Source of the DNA: a virus
Taxonomy: Duplodnaviria; Caudoviricetes
Reading direction: 5' to 3' (one strand)
DNA length: 62,818 nt
Virus record (IMG/VR): IMGVR_UViG_3300030329_003652
Coordinates: 1-62,818 of that record
Shown: piece by piece, positions 1-10,367 of the stretch
How the letters are laid out: each line of letters begins with the position of its first letter
Position numbering within the stretch: position 1 is the first letter of the stretch
Notes under the pieces: generated by a model
What the model was told of the DNA's origin: nothing
Databases searched by the model: none
What the model saw: only the letters and a program-made list of their open reading frames with translations
Made by a program: the position numbers and the translations under genes

Positions 1-711
1 TCAGGAGCTGGTAATGCACCTGTAAGAAAAGAATTTGTAGCCAAGTGGGCTAACACATCAGCACAAATTACAAGTATTCAAATTGTAAATAACAGTGCCT
101 CTTCGTTAACTCTTGCAGCAGGATCATACATAACCGTACTAGGAGCAAAAGAACCAGCTACAGCAGATAGTATGACAGTATCAGGTTTTACAGCAAAGAA
201 ACACTTGAAAGTTCAAATGTTTGCAAATGGAACAGGTGGAACAATAAATTGTTTTTGTACGTTTAATAATGACACAGGTTCTAATTATGTGATAAGAGAA
301 TCTATAAACGGTGGTAATGATACAACAAATTTTAGTCAATCCAACACAGATAATTTAACAGGTACAGTCACAGGTAGTATTTTTGCAGATGTTAACATAA
401 CAAATGAATCAAATAAAGAAAAATTATTCATATCAGAAGGATTGGAAAGTACAAGTGGTGCAGGTGCATCACCTGACAGAAAAGAGATGGTTGGTAAGTG
501 GGCAAATACATCAGCACAAATTACAACAATAAAAGCAAATAATAGTGGAACAGGTTCATACGCAGAAGGTAGTGAACTTATTGTTTGGGGAAGTGACGGT
601 GCTTCCGATAGTACATATCCAACTCTAGTTGGTGGATATATTTTTGAAGAAACTGATACTGGTAAACACTACATATTTGACGGATCGAGTACGTGGACAG
701 AGATATTATAG
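1..711 (+). CDS. 3' part of a tail-fibre/adhesin protein with two paralogous ~160-aa modules (5'-truncated)
   Basis: Frame open from base 1 (SGAGNAPVRKEFVAKWANTSAQITSI...). Same KEKL / AGxAPxRxExVGKWANTS motifs as ORFs at 54978-62701. Ends with YPTLVGGYIFEETDTGKHYIFDGSSTW. Confidence 0.75.
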   Translation, partial: SGAGNAPVRKEFVAKWANTSAQITSIQIVNNSASSLTLAAGSYITVLGAKEPATADSMTVSGFTAKKHLKVQMFANGTGGTINCFCTFNNDTGSNYVIRESINGGNDTTNFSQSNTDNLTGTVTGSIFADVNITNESNKEKLFISEGLESTSGAGASPDRKEMVGKWANTSAQITTIKANNSGTGSYAEGSELIVWGSDGASDSTYPTLVGGYIFEETDTGKHYIFDGSSTWTEIL

Positions 712-720
712 TGATATAAC

Positions 721-3700
721 TTGGCTAAAGTAGGTCAAGTCTTTCAAATAGACAATGTATTTCAAAACAATGTTTTTCAAAAAGAATGGGGTTCAGTAGT
801 ATTTCAAAAGAACGTATTCCAAAATAACGTATTTGATGTACCTACAACTGTAAAGAAAGTAATTAATGAATCACTATCAATAGCAGAAACACAAGTAAGA
901 ACTAGAGAATTAATTAGACTTGCAAACGAGTCAGTATCTATTCAAACTTTTAGAGTAAAACTTAGAGCATTAGTTTATCATGTTGTAGAGTCCTCATCTA
1001 TTGCAGATACAGAAATAAAGAAACGTGGTTTAATCAAGGCATTTAATGAGTCATTAAACAACGCTGAAAATATGCTTAGGTACAGGGCAATTATTAGAAA
1101 CTTGGCAGAGTCGGAAAGTGTATCAGAATCACCAATTAGAGTTAGAGGATTAAGAAGAATAGTATCTAATGCAGTTAGTGTGGTATCAACTCATATTAAA
1201 TCAAGAGGTATTGTTAGAAAAATATCAGAGACTGTATCGGTAGGATTGGCAGCCTTCCAAGGAGACATATTCCAAACTAATGTATTCGGTAGTGCATCAT
1301 CAGAAGTAACCAAGGTATTAGGAAGAGTGAAGAAGATTAATGAGTCTATATCTCTATCAGAAGCAAAGAATAGAGCTATGGGATTCGGAAAGATTATTAA
1401 TAATACTATAAGTGTTTCAACTGCTGTTACACCTGCTAGAGCATTAACAAGATTAATATCTGAATCAATATCCATACAAACATTTAGACAAAGACTTAGA
1501 TCTATAGCAAAGAGTGTAACAGAATCTGTATCAATATCAACTGCAAGTAACACATTACGTGGTAGAATTAAGCGTGTAAACGAAACGGTAGAAGCAACTA
1601 CAAAGAGAATATTCCAGTCTATATACCAAACAAACGTGTTCCAACAAGGTGCAGAGTATGTGAAATTAATGGGAAGAATAAGATTGGTAAACGAAACACA
1701 AAGAGTGGTAGAAGGAAGAGTAACCTTGATGACCTTAAGGAGAGTGATTGCAGAAACAATTCAAACATCAGAAACTATTGTTAAACTAAGATCTATATTA
1801 AGATTGGTTGCAGAGTCGGAGAATGTCGGAGAATCATTTATCAAACTAATGACAATGTTAAGAGTTCAAAACGAATCTGTATCAGTACAAACCTTCAGAG
1901 AAAAACTCAGGGCTATTAAGAGAGTCATATCTGAGACTGTTAACTACGCTGAAACAATAATAAGAATTAGAGGTATTGGTAGAATCATTAATAATACAAT
2001 ACAGTTAACCACATCATCATATACTGCAAGTGGATTTATCAGATTATATGCTGAGAGTGTAAGTGTCGCAGAGAATATTACAAGACTTAGAGGATTGTTT
2101 AGAGTTATTAATAACACAGTTCAATCATCAGAAACTCTCAGAAGAGCAGTTAGTAGAATATTTGGTGAATCAATAAGCATATCAGAAAATAAGATATTCT
2201 TGAGATCATTAATACGACATGTAGCAGAATCAATATCAATACAAACATTCAGAGAAAAACTACGTGCTGTTAGAAGAGTGATAAATGAGAGTGTTAATTA
2301 TGCAGAGACAGTTCCAAGACTCAGAAGTATTGGTAGATTAATCAATGAGAGTGTGAGTGTATCAACTTCATTTGTATGGACAAGAACATTACTTAGAAGG
2401 ATTAATGAATCTATATCTGTCCAAACATTTAGAGTTGCACCAAGAGTATTATTAAGAATAATTAGTGAGACCGTTAATGTTGCAAGAACAAGATTAGGTG
2501 TATTCCAAGCAAACGGATTCCAACAAAATGTGTTCCAACAAGGATATGAGATTGCTATGGTTAGAGGACTTGGTAAGATTTACAATGAGAGTATTAGTAT
2601 ATCAGAAGGATTTAGAAAGGCAGTTAGTAGATTGTTTGCAGAAACCATACAGGTCGCAGAAGCCAAGAACTTTGCAAGAGAGTTAATTAGACATTTGGGT
2701 GAATCTGTATCAGTACAAACCTTTAGACTACGTTCAAGAGGATTGGTTAGATTAGTATCAGAATCATTGGAGATTGCAACTGGATTCGTAAGATTACAAA
2801 CATTGAGAAAATTGGTTGCAGAATCAGTTTCAGTACAAACCTTTAGATTAAGAGCAAGAGAGATGGTGAGATTAGTTAGTGAATCACTAAGTATAGCCAC
2901 AGGTCTTGTACCAAGAAGAGCATTAAGAAGATTAGTTGCAGAGAGCATATCTGTTCAAACCTTCAGAACAAGAGGTAGAATACTAATCAGATTAATTGGT
3001 GAAACATTACAGATTGCAACTGCAACAAAGACTATACGTGGTAGAATAAAACGTGTCAATGAATCACTTAATGTTGGTGCTAAGAGAATATTCCAAGCCA
3101 TATTCCAATCATCAATATTCCAACAAGGTCAAGAATATGTCAAACTAATGGTCTTAGTAAAACACCAAGCAGAATCTCAAAGCATCTCAGAAGGAAAAGT
3201 ATTCTTAAGATCAATGTTTAAGATAATAGTTGAGTCTATACAGGTAAGTGAAGCATTTGTGAAGTTAAGAGATATGTTCAAGGTGGTTAACAACACTTTG
3301 CAAGTAACAGAATCACTCATACGATTAAAGACAATTATAAAATTAATATCTGAAAATGTAAGTTTAGTAGAAAACATATTGAAATTAAGAGTATTAACAA
3401 GAGTGATAAATAACACTATCCAATATGCTGAAACAGTAATTAGATTGAGAGGATTAACTAGATTAATAAATGAGTCCATATCTGTCCAAACATTCAGAGA
3501 GAAACTAAGAGCATTAACAAGAATTATAGCAGAGTCAATACAGTATAATGAATCATTGAGAATGAGTTGGACACGAGCATTTGCAGAATCAATCCAAGTT
3601 GCAGAAACTCAAATACACCTAAGTGCCATGTTAAGACGTATTACAGAATCAGTAAGTGTATCTGAAACAAGGTTAAGAGTAAGAGGATTAGTTAGAATCA

Positions 3701-4467
3701 TAAACAACACATTAAGTGTATCTGAAACAATCATTAAATTGAGAGGTATATTTAGAATAATTAACAACTCAATATCATTATCTGAATCTATCATAAGGTT
3801 GAGAGTATTGGGTAGAATTGTGAATGAATCTGTATCAGTACAAACCTTCAGAGAAAAACTAAGAGTATTAACAAGAATATTGAATGAGAGTGTAAGTGTA
3901 TCTGAAACAAGGATAAGAATAAGAAATATATTAAGAAAAGTAACAGAATCAGTAAGTGCTGTTGAGATAGTAGTTCCAGTTAGAGGACTGTTCAGAGTAA
4001 TTAATAACACAATACAGGTATCTGAAACCATAGGAAGATTCAGAGGACTGTTCAGAGTAATTAACGATTCAATATCAATATCTGAATTGGTTAAGAACTT
4101 TAAACATATAATTCCAAAGATAAATGAAACAATCAGTATATCCAGTACTGACTTAGAAGCAATGGGTAAGGTATATGTTATCATAGAATCAATATCAATC
4201 CAAACCTTCAGAGAGAAGATTAGAACTGTATTAAGAATTGTGAATGAATCAATTAGTATTCCTGAATCATTAGCCAAGAACCTACAAGATGGATTGGTGA
4301 GAATAACAAGAGTATTAAAGGTCAATAAGAGAGATAGAGGTAGTTCTATTAACAATAGGTCTAGTAGTTCAAGAACCAATAAGAGAAGTCAAGATAGTGA
4401 GACTGAGGAAGAATCTAAGAATACTAAAACTTATAAGCGTGATAACTCAATTCAAGGTGTAGACTAA
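721..4467 (+). CDS. 1248-aa Arg-rich 20-aa-repeat protein, probable virion fibre/scaffold
   Basis: Dozens of ~20-aa repeats (e.g. ANESVSIQTFRVKLRALVYH) interrupted by FQxNVFQ motifs; lies within the tail gene block. Confidence 0.55.
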   Translation: MAKVGQVFQIDNVFQNNVFQKEWGSVVFQKNVFQNNVFDVPTTVKKVINESLSIAETQVRTRELIRLANESVSIQTFRVKLRALVYHVVESSSIADTEIKKRGLIKAFNESLNNAENMLRYRAIIRNLAESESVSESPIRVRGLRRIVSNAVSVVSTHIKSRGIVRKISETVSVGLAAFQGDIFQTNVFGSASSEVTKVLGRVKKINESISLSEAKNRAMGFGKIINNTISVSTAVTPARALTRLISESISIQTFRQRLRSIAKSVTESVSISTASNTLRGRIKRVNETVEATTKRIFQSIYQTNVFQQGAEYVKLMGRIRLVNETQRVVEGRVTLMTLRRVIAETIQTSETIVKLRSILRLVAESENVGESFIKLMTMLRVQNESVSVQTFREKLRAIKRVISETVNYAETIIRIRGIGRIINNTIQLTTSSYTASGFIRLYAESVSVAENITRLRGLFRVINNTVQSSETLRRAVSRIFGESISISENKIFLRSLIRHVAESISIQTFREKLRAVRRVINESVNYAETVPRLRSIGRLINESVSVSTSFVWTRTLLRRINESISVQTFRVAPRVLLRIISETVNVARTRLGVFQANGFQQNVFQQGYEIAMVRGLGKIYNESISISEGFRKAVSRLFAETIQVAEAKNFARELIRHLGESVSVQTFRLRSRGLVRLVSESLEIATGFVRLQTLRKLVAESVSVQTFRLRAREMVRLVSESLSIATGLVPRRALRRLVAESISVQTFRTRGRILIRLIGETLQIATATKTIRGRIKRVNESLNVGAKRIFQAIFQSSIFQQGQEYVKLMVLVKHQAESQSISEGKVFLRSMFKIIVESIQVSEAFVKLRDMFKVVNNTLQVTESLIRLKTIIKLISENVSLVENILKLRVLTRVINNTIQYAETVIRLRGLTRLINESISVQTFREKLRALTRIIAESIQYNESLRMSWTRAFAESIQVAETQIHLSAMLRRITESVSVSETRLRVRGLVRIINNTLSVSETIIKLRGIFRIINNSISLSESIIRLRVLGRIVNESVSVQTFREKLRVLTRILNESVSVSETRIRIRNILRKVTESVSAVEIVVPVRGLFRVINNTIQVSETIGRFRGLFRVINDSISISELVKNFKHIIPKINETISISSTDLEAMGKVYVIIESISIQTFREKIRTVLRIVNESISIPESLAKNLQDGLVRITRVLKVNKRDRGSSINNRSSSSRTNKRSQDSETEEESKNTKTYKRDNSIQGVD

Positions 4468-4820
4468 TGAGTATGAATATGAGAGGAAGATCAGTATCTT
4501 TCGTTGTAAAGGCAGGCAGTAGAGCAACACTACAGGTAACTGTAAAAGACTCTAGTGGTGTAGCCAAGAACCTCTCAAACACAGTAACATATAACTCTGG
4601 AAAATGGAAAGTATGGAAACCTGACGGAACTCTTCTTATTGATGGTGCTATAACATTTGCTGATAGAGCAAACGGAATAGTCACATATACTTTAAGTGCA
4701 ACAGATGCTACCAATACCAAAGCAGGTATATGGGAAGGGGAAGTAGAATTGAAGGATTCTTCAGGAACTATATCAGAACAAACACAATCTTTTAATTTCA
4801 CTATAGAGGAAAGTTATTAG
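4467..4820 (+). CDS. BppU-like Ig-fold baseplate/fibre attachment protein
   Basis: LQVTVKD..G...NL and ANGIVTYTLSATD..KAGIWEGEVEL pattern typical of BppU N-terminal-like domains. Confidence 0.55.
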   Translation: MSMNMRGRSVSFVVKAGSRATLQVTVKDSSGVAKNLSNTVTYNSGKWKVWKPDGTLLIDGAITFADRANGIVTYTLSATDATNTKAGIWEGEVELKDSSGTISEQTQSFNFTIEESY

Positions 4821-4821
4821 A

Positions 4822-4947
4822 ATGACAGATATAACAATAGTAGCAAGTGGAACATGTGCAGAATGTGGTCACTCTCAGAAAGATCATGAGGGAAACACAG
4901 TTTGTGATGTTGAAGGTTGTGAATGTACTAACATAGGAAGTTATTAA
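4822..4947 (+). CDS. 41-aa Cys/His metal-binding microprotein (not in ORF track)
   Basis: MTDITIVASGTCAECGHSQKDHEGNTVCDVEGCECTNIGSY, translated by hand. Confidence 0.65.
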   Translation: MTDITIVASGTCAECGHSQKDHEGNTVCDVEGCECTNIGSY

Positions 4948-4982
4948 GAAACACATATATATGGCAACATGCTGTATAATAT

Positions 4983-5756
4983 ATGTTAAAGATTGATGAC
5001 ATAAAACAAGAAGTTTATTTCCAATTTAGAAGATCACAAATGGAAGCTTTAAAAACTGAAAGACTTGGAGTCATCCATGTATCAGATTTAATTAAACCAT
5101 GTATGAGAAATGTCATATACAAAAAGGTTTTACCAGAACAACGTGCTTCAACAGAAGATATGAAGTCATTATATTTTGGTCAAATTGTTCACTCTAATTC
5201 TATGATAGCAAAACCTGAACATCATGAAAAATTTCTTGCATATGATTATGTCAGAGATGAACCACTTACATATGAAGAAGCAAAAGCATTGCCTTTAGAA
5301 GATCCGAGACACCTAGATATAATCTACGGAAGTATTGATGACCTTATTCAAATGGGTGAGAAATGGATTATAGTTGATAAGAAAACAACTGGTTCTATAG
5401 GTTACTTTAGTAAAGCAACATCAAGACCAAGTGAGAGTCATGTCGATCAGATTAATAGATACCGTGTTCTCTTAAAAAAATGCTATGATATAGATGCTGA
5501 TTTTGGATGTGTCATATATATATCTAACAAGATTGAAAAGGAAACATATGATAGACCAGTACCAATTCCATTTAAATTAAAACCTATAGAGGAAACTCTC
5601 AAAGATATGATTGAAAAGGCAAGGGTAGTTAAAGCATCTATGACAGATGGAACTTTACCTGAAAGAACAAAATGCTTCCTTTGTGATGGCATGTGTCCTT
5701 ATGCATCTCTTTGCTTTGAAGACAACAGAGCAAAATGGGATGTTGAATTAAAATGA
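4983..5756 (+). CDS. Cas4-like PD-(D/E)XK exonuclease with Fe-S cysteines
   Basis: N-terminal HVSDL..PCMR; GSIDD..IVDKK motif; QxxxY; C-terminal CFLCDGMCPYASLC. Confidence 0.85.
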   Translation: MLKIDDIKQEVYFQFRRSQMEALKTERLGVIHVSDLIKPCMRNVIYKKVLPEQRASTEDMKSLYFGQIVHSNSMIAKPEHHEKFLAYDYVRDEPLTYEEAKALPLEDPRHLDIIYGSIDDLIQMGEKWIIVDKKTTGSIGYFSKATSRPSESHVDQINRYRVLLKKCYDIDADFGCVIYISNKIEKETYDRPVPIPFKLKPIEETLKDMIEKARVVKASMTDGTLPERTKCFLCDGMCPYASLCFEDNRAKWDVELK

Positions 5757-5872
5757 AGATAAGATATATATCACCTCAATGTAAATCACATGATCATGTT
5801 GATTGTAAACATATGCAAAAGGACTCTCCTCTGAAATGTGAGTGTATTTGTCATAAAATTGTGGGTGAGTAA
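5753..5872 (+). CDS. 39-aa Cys/His microprotein (not in ORF track)
   Basis: MKIRYISPQCKSHDHVDCKHMQKDSPLKCECICHKIVGE; ATGA overlap with the upstream stop. Confidence 0.55.
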   Translation: MKIRYISPQCKSHDHVDCKHMQKDSPLKCECICHKIVGE

Positions 5873-5979
5873 ATGAGAGTTTTAACTAAATCAGAGAAAA
5901 AAGTCTATGAAGCTTTAATGAAAAACATAAAGTGGAAAAAGATAAAAGTACCTGTTACAAAGAATCCTTTTGGTGAATA

Positions 5980-6153
5980 ATGAAAGAAAATCCTATGATT
6001 TTTACGAAGTGGATATGGATTATACCTATATTCATATTTTTAATTACAATGTTAGTAGGCATAGTATTCTATAACCCAGATGTACCTAACAATAATCCAC
6101 CATTTTCCAGAGAATGTGGTCAGTTACCTACATCATCTACAAGGGTGTGTTAG
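5980..6153 (+). CDS. 57-aa single-TM membrane protein (not in ORF track)
   Basis: WIWIIPIFIFLITMLVGIVFY hydrophobic stretch; abuts neighbouring ORFs. Confidence 0.5.
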   Translation: MKENPMIFTKWIWIIPIFIFLITMLVGIVFYNPDVPNNNPPFSRECGQLPTSSTRVC

Positions 6154-6927
6154 TTGATAATATATTTCAATGGAAATAATAAGGCACATATGGAAGCCTT
6201 GCAGGCATGTAAGGTAAAAAATGTTGTACTTTCTTTCAAATATTCATACGCAAATATATCAAAATTTAGAGATAAATTTGAAAATATATTTGTGGTTGCA
6301 GGTTCAAAAACTAAACCAGATAGATATTATGAGTTACTAAAAAAACATAAAGAACTATATGATTATGCTGCACAGTTTGATGTATTATATAATATGGATG
6401 AAACTTTAAAGCACTTGGAAAATGAAAGGAAGATGGGTATTGATTGGACTCTTCCTGTTTTACAAGAAAACTATCTGCACCATATGTCAAGGCTACAACC
6501 AGAACCAGATTCATATTTATGTTTGGGTGAAGTTAGAGGTAGAGCAGATACAGAAGACCAGATAAGAAAATTACCTTCCAATATAAAATTCCATGGTTTA
6601 GCAAAAGGTAGGTACATGAACTATAACACTCCTAATTTTTATTCCTTTGATACATCAGGTTGGATTTCTGCTGCAATGACAAAGAAATGTGAAGTTTGGA
6701 ACAACCGTTCTACTAATGATATGTTCTTTGGTGATAAAGGAAAATCAATGATACCTATGTTAAACCATGCATGTGAAGTACACAAAGAGTATTTAGATAT
6801 AGTAGGACTTAAAAAGCAAGACTTGTTAGAAGGTGATTATTACGCATTGTTAAAAGCACCATTCGCTTTATTATATTTACCAATGTGTAAGCAATTAGGT
6901 ATACTAAAAGAAAACTTTAATCTTTAA
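6154..6927 (+). CDS. TGT/DpdA-like TIM-barrel protein, divergent
   Basis: Ordered motifs VLSF, FDV, LPVLQ, LCLG, KFHGLA, YSFDTSGW parallel phage tRNA-guanine-transglycosylase-like proteins; the DSG motif is replaced by VAG. Confidence 0.55.
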   Translation: MIIYFNGNNKAHMEALQACKVKNVVLSFKYSYANISKFRDKFENIFVVAGSKTKPDRYYELLKKHKELYDYAAQFDVLYNMDETLKHLENERKMGIDWTLPVLQENYLHHMSRLQPEPDSYLCLGEVRGRADTEDQIRKLPSNIKFHGLAKGRYMNYNTPNFYSFDTSGWISAAMTKKCEVWNNRSTNDMFFGDKGKSMIPMLNHACEVHKEYLDIVGLKKQDLLEGDYYALLKAPFALLYLPMCKQLGILKENFNL

Positions 6928-6954
6928 ATACTATCGTTTTGCATATTGTTATAT

Positions 6955-7476
6955 ATGGCTGAAGATATATTTCAGATAAAGCCTTTGGATAAACATGCTG
7001 CAAAGGTAGTAGTAGATGGTAGAAAGACAGTATCACCATTTAATTCTGCAAAACATATGAAGACAGCAAACATACCTGCTCTCTGTGATCAATGTGTTTA
7101 CAGGTCTATAGATACTGGTGGAAATGGCAAGTGTCCAAAGTATGAGAAAGGTGCAATGTGTGCAATAAGAAAAGATTTCATAGCTTTGATAAATGAGTTA
7201 GATACTAGAAACCCTGAACATGTGAAAACAATGTTGGATATGTTAGCTAAGCTAAGTTTCGAAAATGTTTTAATGGCTTTAACTGAATCCAAATTTGATG
7301 GAAATATACCTGACAGAAATACAAAGTCAGAAGTTAATACTTTATTGAAAATCATTTCAACTATAGGTGAAATATCAAACAAGATTGTTGTGAGTGAAGA
7401 GAAGAGATTCAATAAGACTGGAGATATAGAATCTATATTTAGACAGATAAAAGCACAGAAAACTACGAGTGATTGA
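6955..7476 (+). CDS. Cys4 protein, candidate terminase small subunit
   Basis: CDQC..C..C then helical region; two genes upstream of terL; TATA-like TTTAAATA ~25 nt before ATG 6955. Function is positional inference. Confidence 0.4.
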   Translation: MAEDIFQIKPLDKHAAKVVVDGRKTVSPFNSAKHMKTANIPALCDQCVYRSIDTGGNGKCPKYEKGAMCAIRKDFIALINELDTRNPEHVKTMLDMLAKLSFENVLMALTESKFDGNIPDRNTKSEVNTLLKIISTIGEISNKIVVSEEKRFNKTGDIESIFRQIKAQKTTSD

Positions 7477-7714
7477 TATGTTTGGTTGGTTGAAAAGAGA
7501 GAAATTTGTATTACCTCCTGAAGAATATCAGGTTAAATTAGTTAAGGATATTGAGAAGAAATTGGAAACTGCCAAGGGTTCAGAAAGAACAAAATTAACC
7601 TACATGTTAGCCAATCAATTAATGGTACTTAACCAGATATTGAATAAGAAGAAACCTAAGAAGCCTATAAAAATGAATAATAAAGGCAAGTGGGTATGGG
7701 TGGAAGACGAATAA
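7469..7714 (+). CDS. hypothetical protein
   Basis: ORF coupled to both neighbours. Confidence 0.55.
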   Translation: MIDMFGWLKREKFVLPPEEYQVKLVKDIEKKLETAKGSERTKLTYMLANQLMVLNQILNKKKPKKPIKMNNKGKWVWVEDE

Positions 7715-9096
7715 TGCCACAACCTACCAAAGAATTAGTAGCAGAACGTCAGAATTTTATGCAGAATATAGTTGACTGTGTAAACCAACCAAGTAAATTT
7801 AGTGATGCGTTTCTAGGTCACAAACTATTTGATTATAATAAAGGCTATGTGGATTGTCAAGATAGATTCATAGTGTATCGTTCTGGTAGGCAGGTAGGTA
7901 AAACAATGTCTACTGCAGTGAAGACTATACATTTTGCTTTCTTTGCACCATTATTATCTGATACAGTAAACCATGAATGTATCATAGTAATTGCAGCACC
8001 TACACAAAATCAGGCTAGTATCATGTTTGATAGAATTAGAACTCTTGTTTTAAAGAATGAGTTTCTAAGTGGATATGTTGTGAGAAATACACAAACAGAA
8101 TTATGGCTTAACTTCTTAGATAACTCTGGTATGTCTAAGATAATTACAAGGGCAACTGGTGAAACTGGTACAGGACTCAGAGGTTATTCACCACATGTGA
8201 TTATAGCTGACGAATGTTCTTTCATTAAGACTGATATACTTAGGGCTTTCTTGCCTTCTGGTATGGCTACACAAGCAAAGGTTTGGCTGACATCAACACC
8301 ATTTAGTAAAGCAGGTTATTTTTATGAAGCATGTCAAAACTCTAAACCGAGAAACCCTGAAGGTATGTGGACAGAGTTTCATGTAAAGTCAACTGACAAC
8401 CCACTGATTCAACAAGATCCAACATTCATTGAAGAGATTAAAAGATTAACAAGGGAAGAGTATACTCAAGAAGTTGAAGGTGAGTTTCTTGATATTGGTG
8501 ATGCATTGATACCAAACAGTTTGATAACAGAAGCTATAGGAGATGGTAAACCGAAAGGTCAAGTAAGATACTATCTAGGTGTGGATGTTGCAAGAACTGG
8601 CAGAGATGAAACTGTATTCACTATAGTGAAAGTAGATGAAGATAACACAGTTTTTGTTGAAGAGGTAATGGCTGAATCACAGTCGAATGTAGTTGATGTT
8701 GCAGGTAAGATAGGTGATATTGTTTTAGATTATAGAATAGAAACTGTATTCATAGACGAAACTGGTTTAGGTGGTGGTCTCATAGATTTATGTAGAGAGA
8801 GAAGATTACCTGCTAGAGGTGTCATGTTTTCATTACAAGAGAAGGCTGATATGTATAAGAATCTTAGACTATTATTTGAGAACCATAAAATCAAACTTAA
8901 ACAGGTTAATAAATTGGTGTATCAACTCTCATATTTGAGGAGAGAATATACTGAAACTGGAGTTATGAAGATCAAATCTGATGAGCATGATGATTACCCT
9001 GATAGCCTAGTTTTGGCTTGTAGAGCAGTAAGTAGTGGTGAGAATTGGCATGTAGTTGATGTCGGTAAAGCACTTGGTAAGGCTTTATTCGGTTAA
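7714..9096 (+). CDS. terL: terminase large subunit
   Basis: Walker A GRQVGKT, LRG motif, Walker B IIADE, STP, RNase H-like LGVDVAR and HDDYPDSL. Start placed at the TAATG overlap. Confidence 0.95.
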   Translation: MPQPTKELVAERQNFMQNIVDCVNQPSKFSDAFLGHKLFDYNKGYVDCQDRFIVYRSGRQVGKTMSTAVKTIHFAFFAPLLSDTVNHECIIVIAAPTQNQASIMFDRIRTLVLKNEFLSGYVVRNTQTELWLNFLDNSGMSKIITRATGETGTGLRGYSPHVIIADECSFIKTDILRAFLPSGMATQAKVWLTSTPFSKAGYFYEACQNSKPRNPEGMWTEFHVKSTDNPLIQQDPTFIEEIKRLTREEYTQEVEGEFLDIGDALIPNSLITEAIGDGKPKGQVRYYLGVDVARTGRDETVFTIVKVDEDNTVFVEEVMAESQSNVVDVAGKIGDIVLDYRIETVFIDETGLGGGLIDLCRERRLPARGVMFSLQEKADMYKNLRLLFENHKIKLKQVNKLVYQLSYLRREYTETGVMKIKSDEHDDYPDSLVLACRAVSSGENWHVVDVGKALGKALFG

Positions 9097-9126
9097 ATAT
9101 AAATATGATATGTGGTGTTTTTATAT

Positions 9127-10365
9127 ATGGTTGATGAAAAAACTGACAGTAAACCAGTATCAGATGAGGAAATAGAGGAAGAGACTGATATTGTTGATGC
9201 TAGAGTAGAGAAAAAGAAACCAAGATACCCATCAATAGGTGAGAAATTAAGAGATGGTCAAACTGATTTTAAAACTTTAAAGAGGAAATGGCAGAAAACC
9301 AAAGTTGACAATGTTGGACAAAATTGGACAGAGGAAATTAAGAATACTGGTGAGCAACGCAGTATGAGAGAGAAAGATGGTACAGGATATGGTGATTTGA
9401 TGACCACAAATGTTATGCCATACAATGTAAATACTGATTCTGAAACATATATTGGTTCTCCTGAAGATGATAAAAACGATAAAGAGGATGATAGCGAAAC
9501 TTATATACAAGAAAACGCAAAGAAAACTATGACGGACTTAAATAAATTGACACACACACGCATAGGAGATCACATAAACTTCTACCAAAATGGTGTTCAA
9601 GATAACGGTGTTATAGCAAAAATGAATGGTTCATTCATAACAATATTCAAAGAAGATGGTTCATTCAAAGACATTCACATAAATGATACATTTTTCGTAA
9701 GCGATATATTGGTAGATAAAACATGGAATGATATGAACATGGAAGAGAGAACAGAACAGTTACTTAAAGTCAAAGCATTTTCCCCTAGATTCTTAGTAAA
9801 GACATGGGAACAATTACCAGAAGAATTGAGACAAGTATTACACAAAGGAAACGTAGTATATGGTGCAGATACATCAACTTTTGGGGGTAAACAAAGAGCA
9901 CTTCATAGACAATCACATGCTTTACATAATAGAACTGTAGAAAGTGGTGGTAGAATAGGCAATAAAAAAATTAATCCAAAACACACATTTGCACAAGATC
10001 AGAAAGAGTTTAAAGATCCATACTCTAGACAAGATGAATCGTTAAAATCTGATCAAGAGCAAGGAGCATACGGTAACATTGGTGGAAGACCAAATGTAGG
10101 TATATCAACCGACACAGATATTGATGCACCAGAGGATTATGAGGGTAACTCACATGATGATATTCAAGTTGAAAATCAATTCCAACATGATGCAACTACA
10201 CCAAAAACTGATGAAGATCCAGAGACTAAGAAAGCAGGTGACTTTACATATTCAGAGAGAACCGACTATAAAACTAAAGGAGTTCCAGATTATAATATAA
10301 ACACTTGGGGTATAAATTACTCAAAGGATACCAAAAAACATATAAAGGATAATAAGGAAGATTAG
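9127..10365 (+). CDS. acidic low-complexity protein, possible internal head polyprotein
   Basis: D/E/K-rich; shares a 20-aa peptide with the prohead protease C-terminal tail. Confidence 0.5.
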   Translation: MVDEKTDSKPVSDEEIEEETDIVDARVEKKKPRYPSIGEKLRDGQTDFKTLKRKWQKTKVDNVGQNWTEEIKNTGEQRSMREKDGTGYGDLMTTNVMPYNVNTDSETYIGSPEDDKNDKEDDSETYIQENAKKTMTDLNKLTHTRIGDHINFYQNGVQDNGVIAKMNGSFITIFKEDGSFKDIHINDTFFVSDILVDKTWNDMNMEERTEQLLKVKAFSPRFLVKTWEQLPEELRQVLHKGNVVYGADTSTFGGKQRALHRQSHALHNRTVESGGRIGNKKINPKHTFAQDQKEFKDPYSRQDESLKSDQEQGAYGNIGGRPNVGISTDTDIDAPEDYEGNSHDDIQVENQFQHDATTPKTDEDPETKKAGDFTYSERTDYKTKGVPDYNINTWGINYSKDTKKHIKDNKED

Positions 10366-10367
10366 GT

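Noticed and set aside
1191-4801. Minus-strand ORFs under the repeat gene, and similar shadow ORFs under MCM, portal, MCP and tail genes
   Set aside because: Antisense by-products of codon bias and repeats, with no motifs.
4983-5756. CRISPR-Cas system
   Set aside because: Solo Cas4-like nuclease; no cas1/cas2 and no repeat-spacer array seen.
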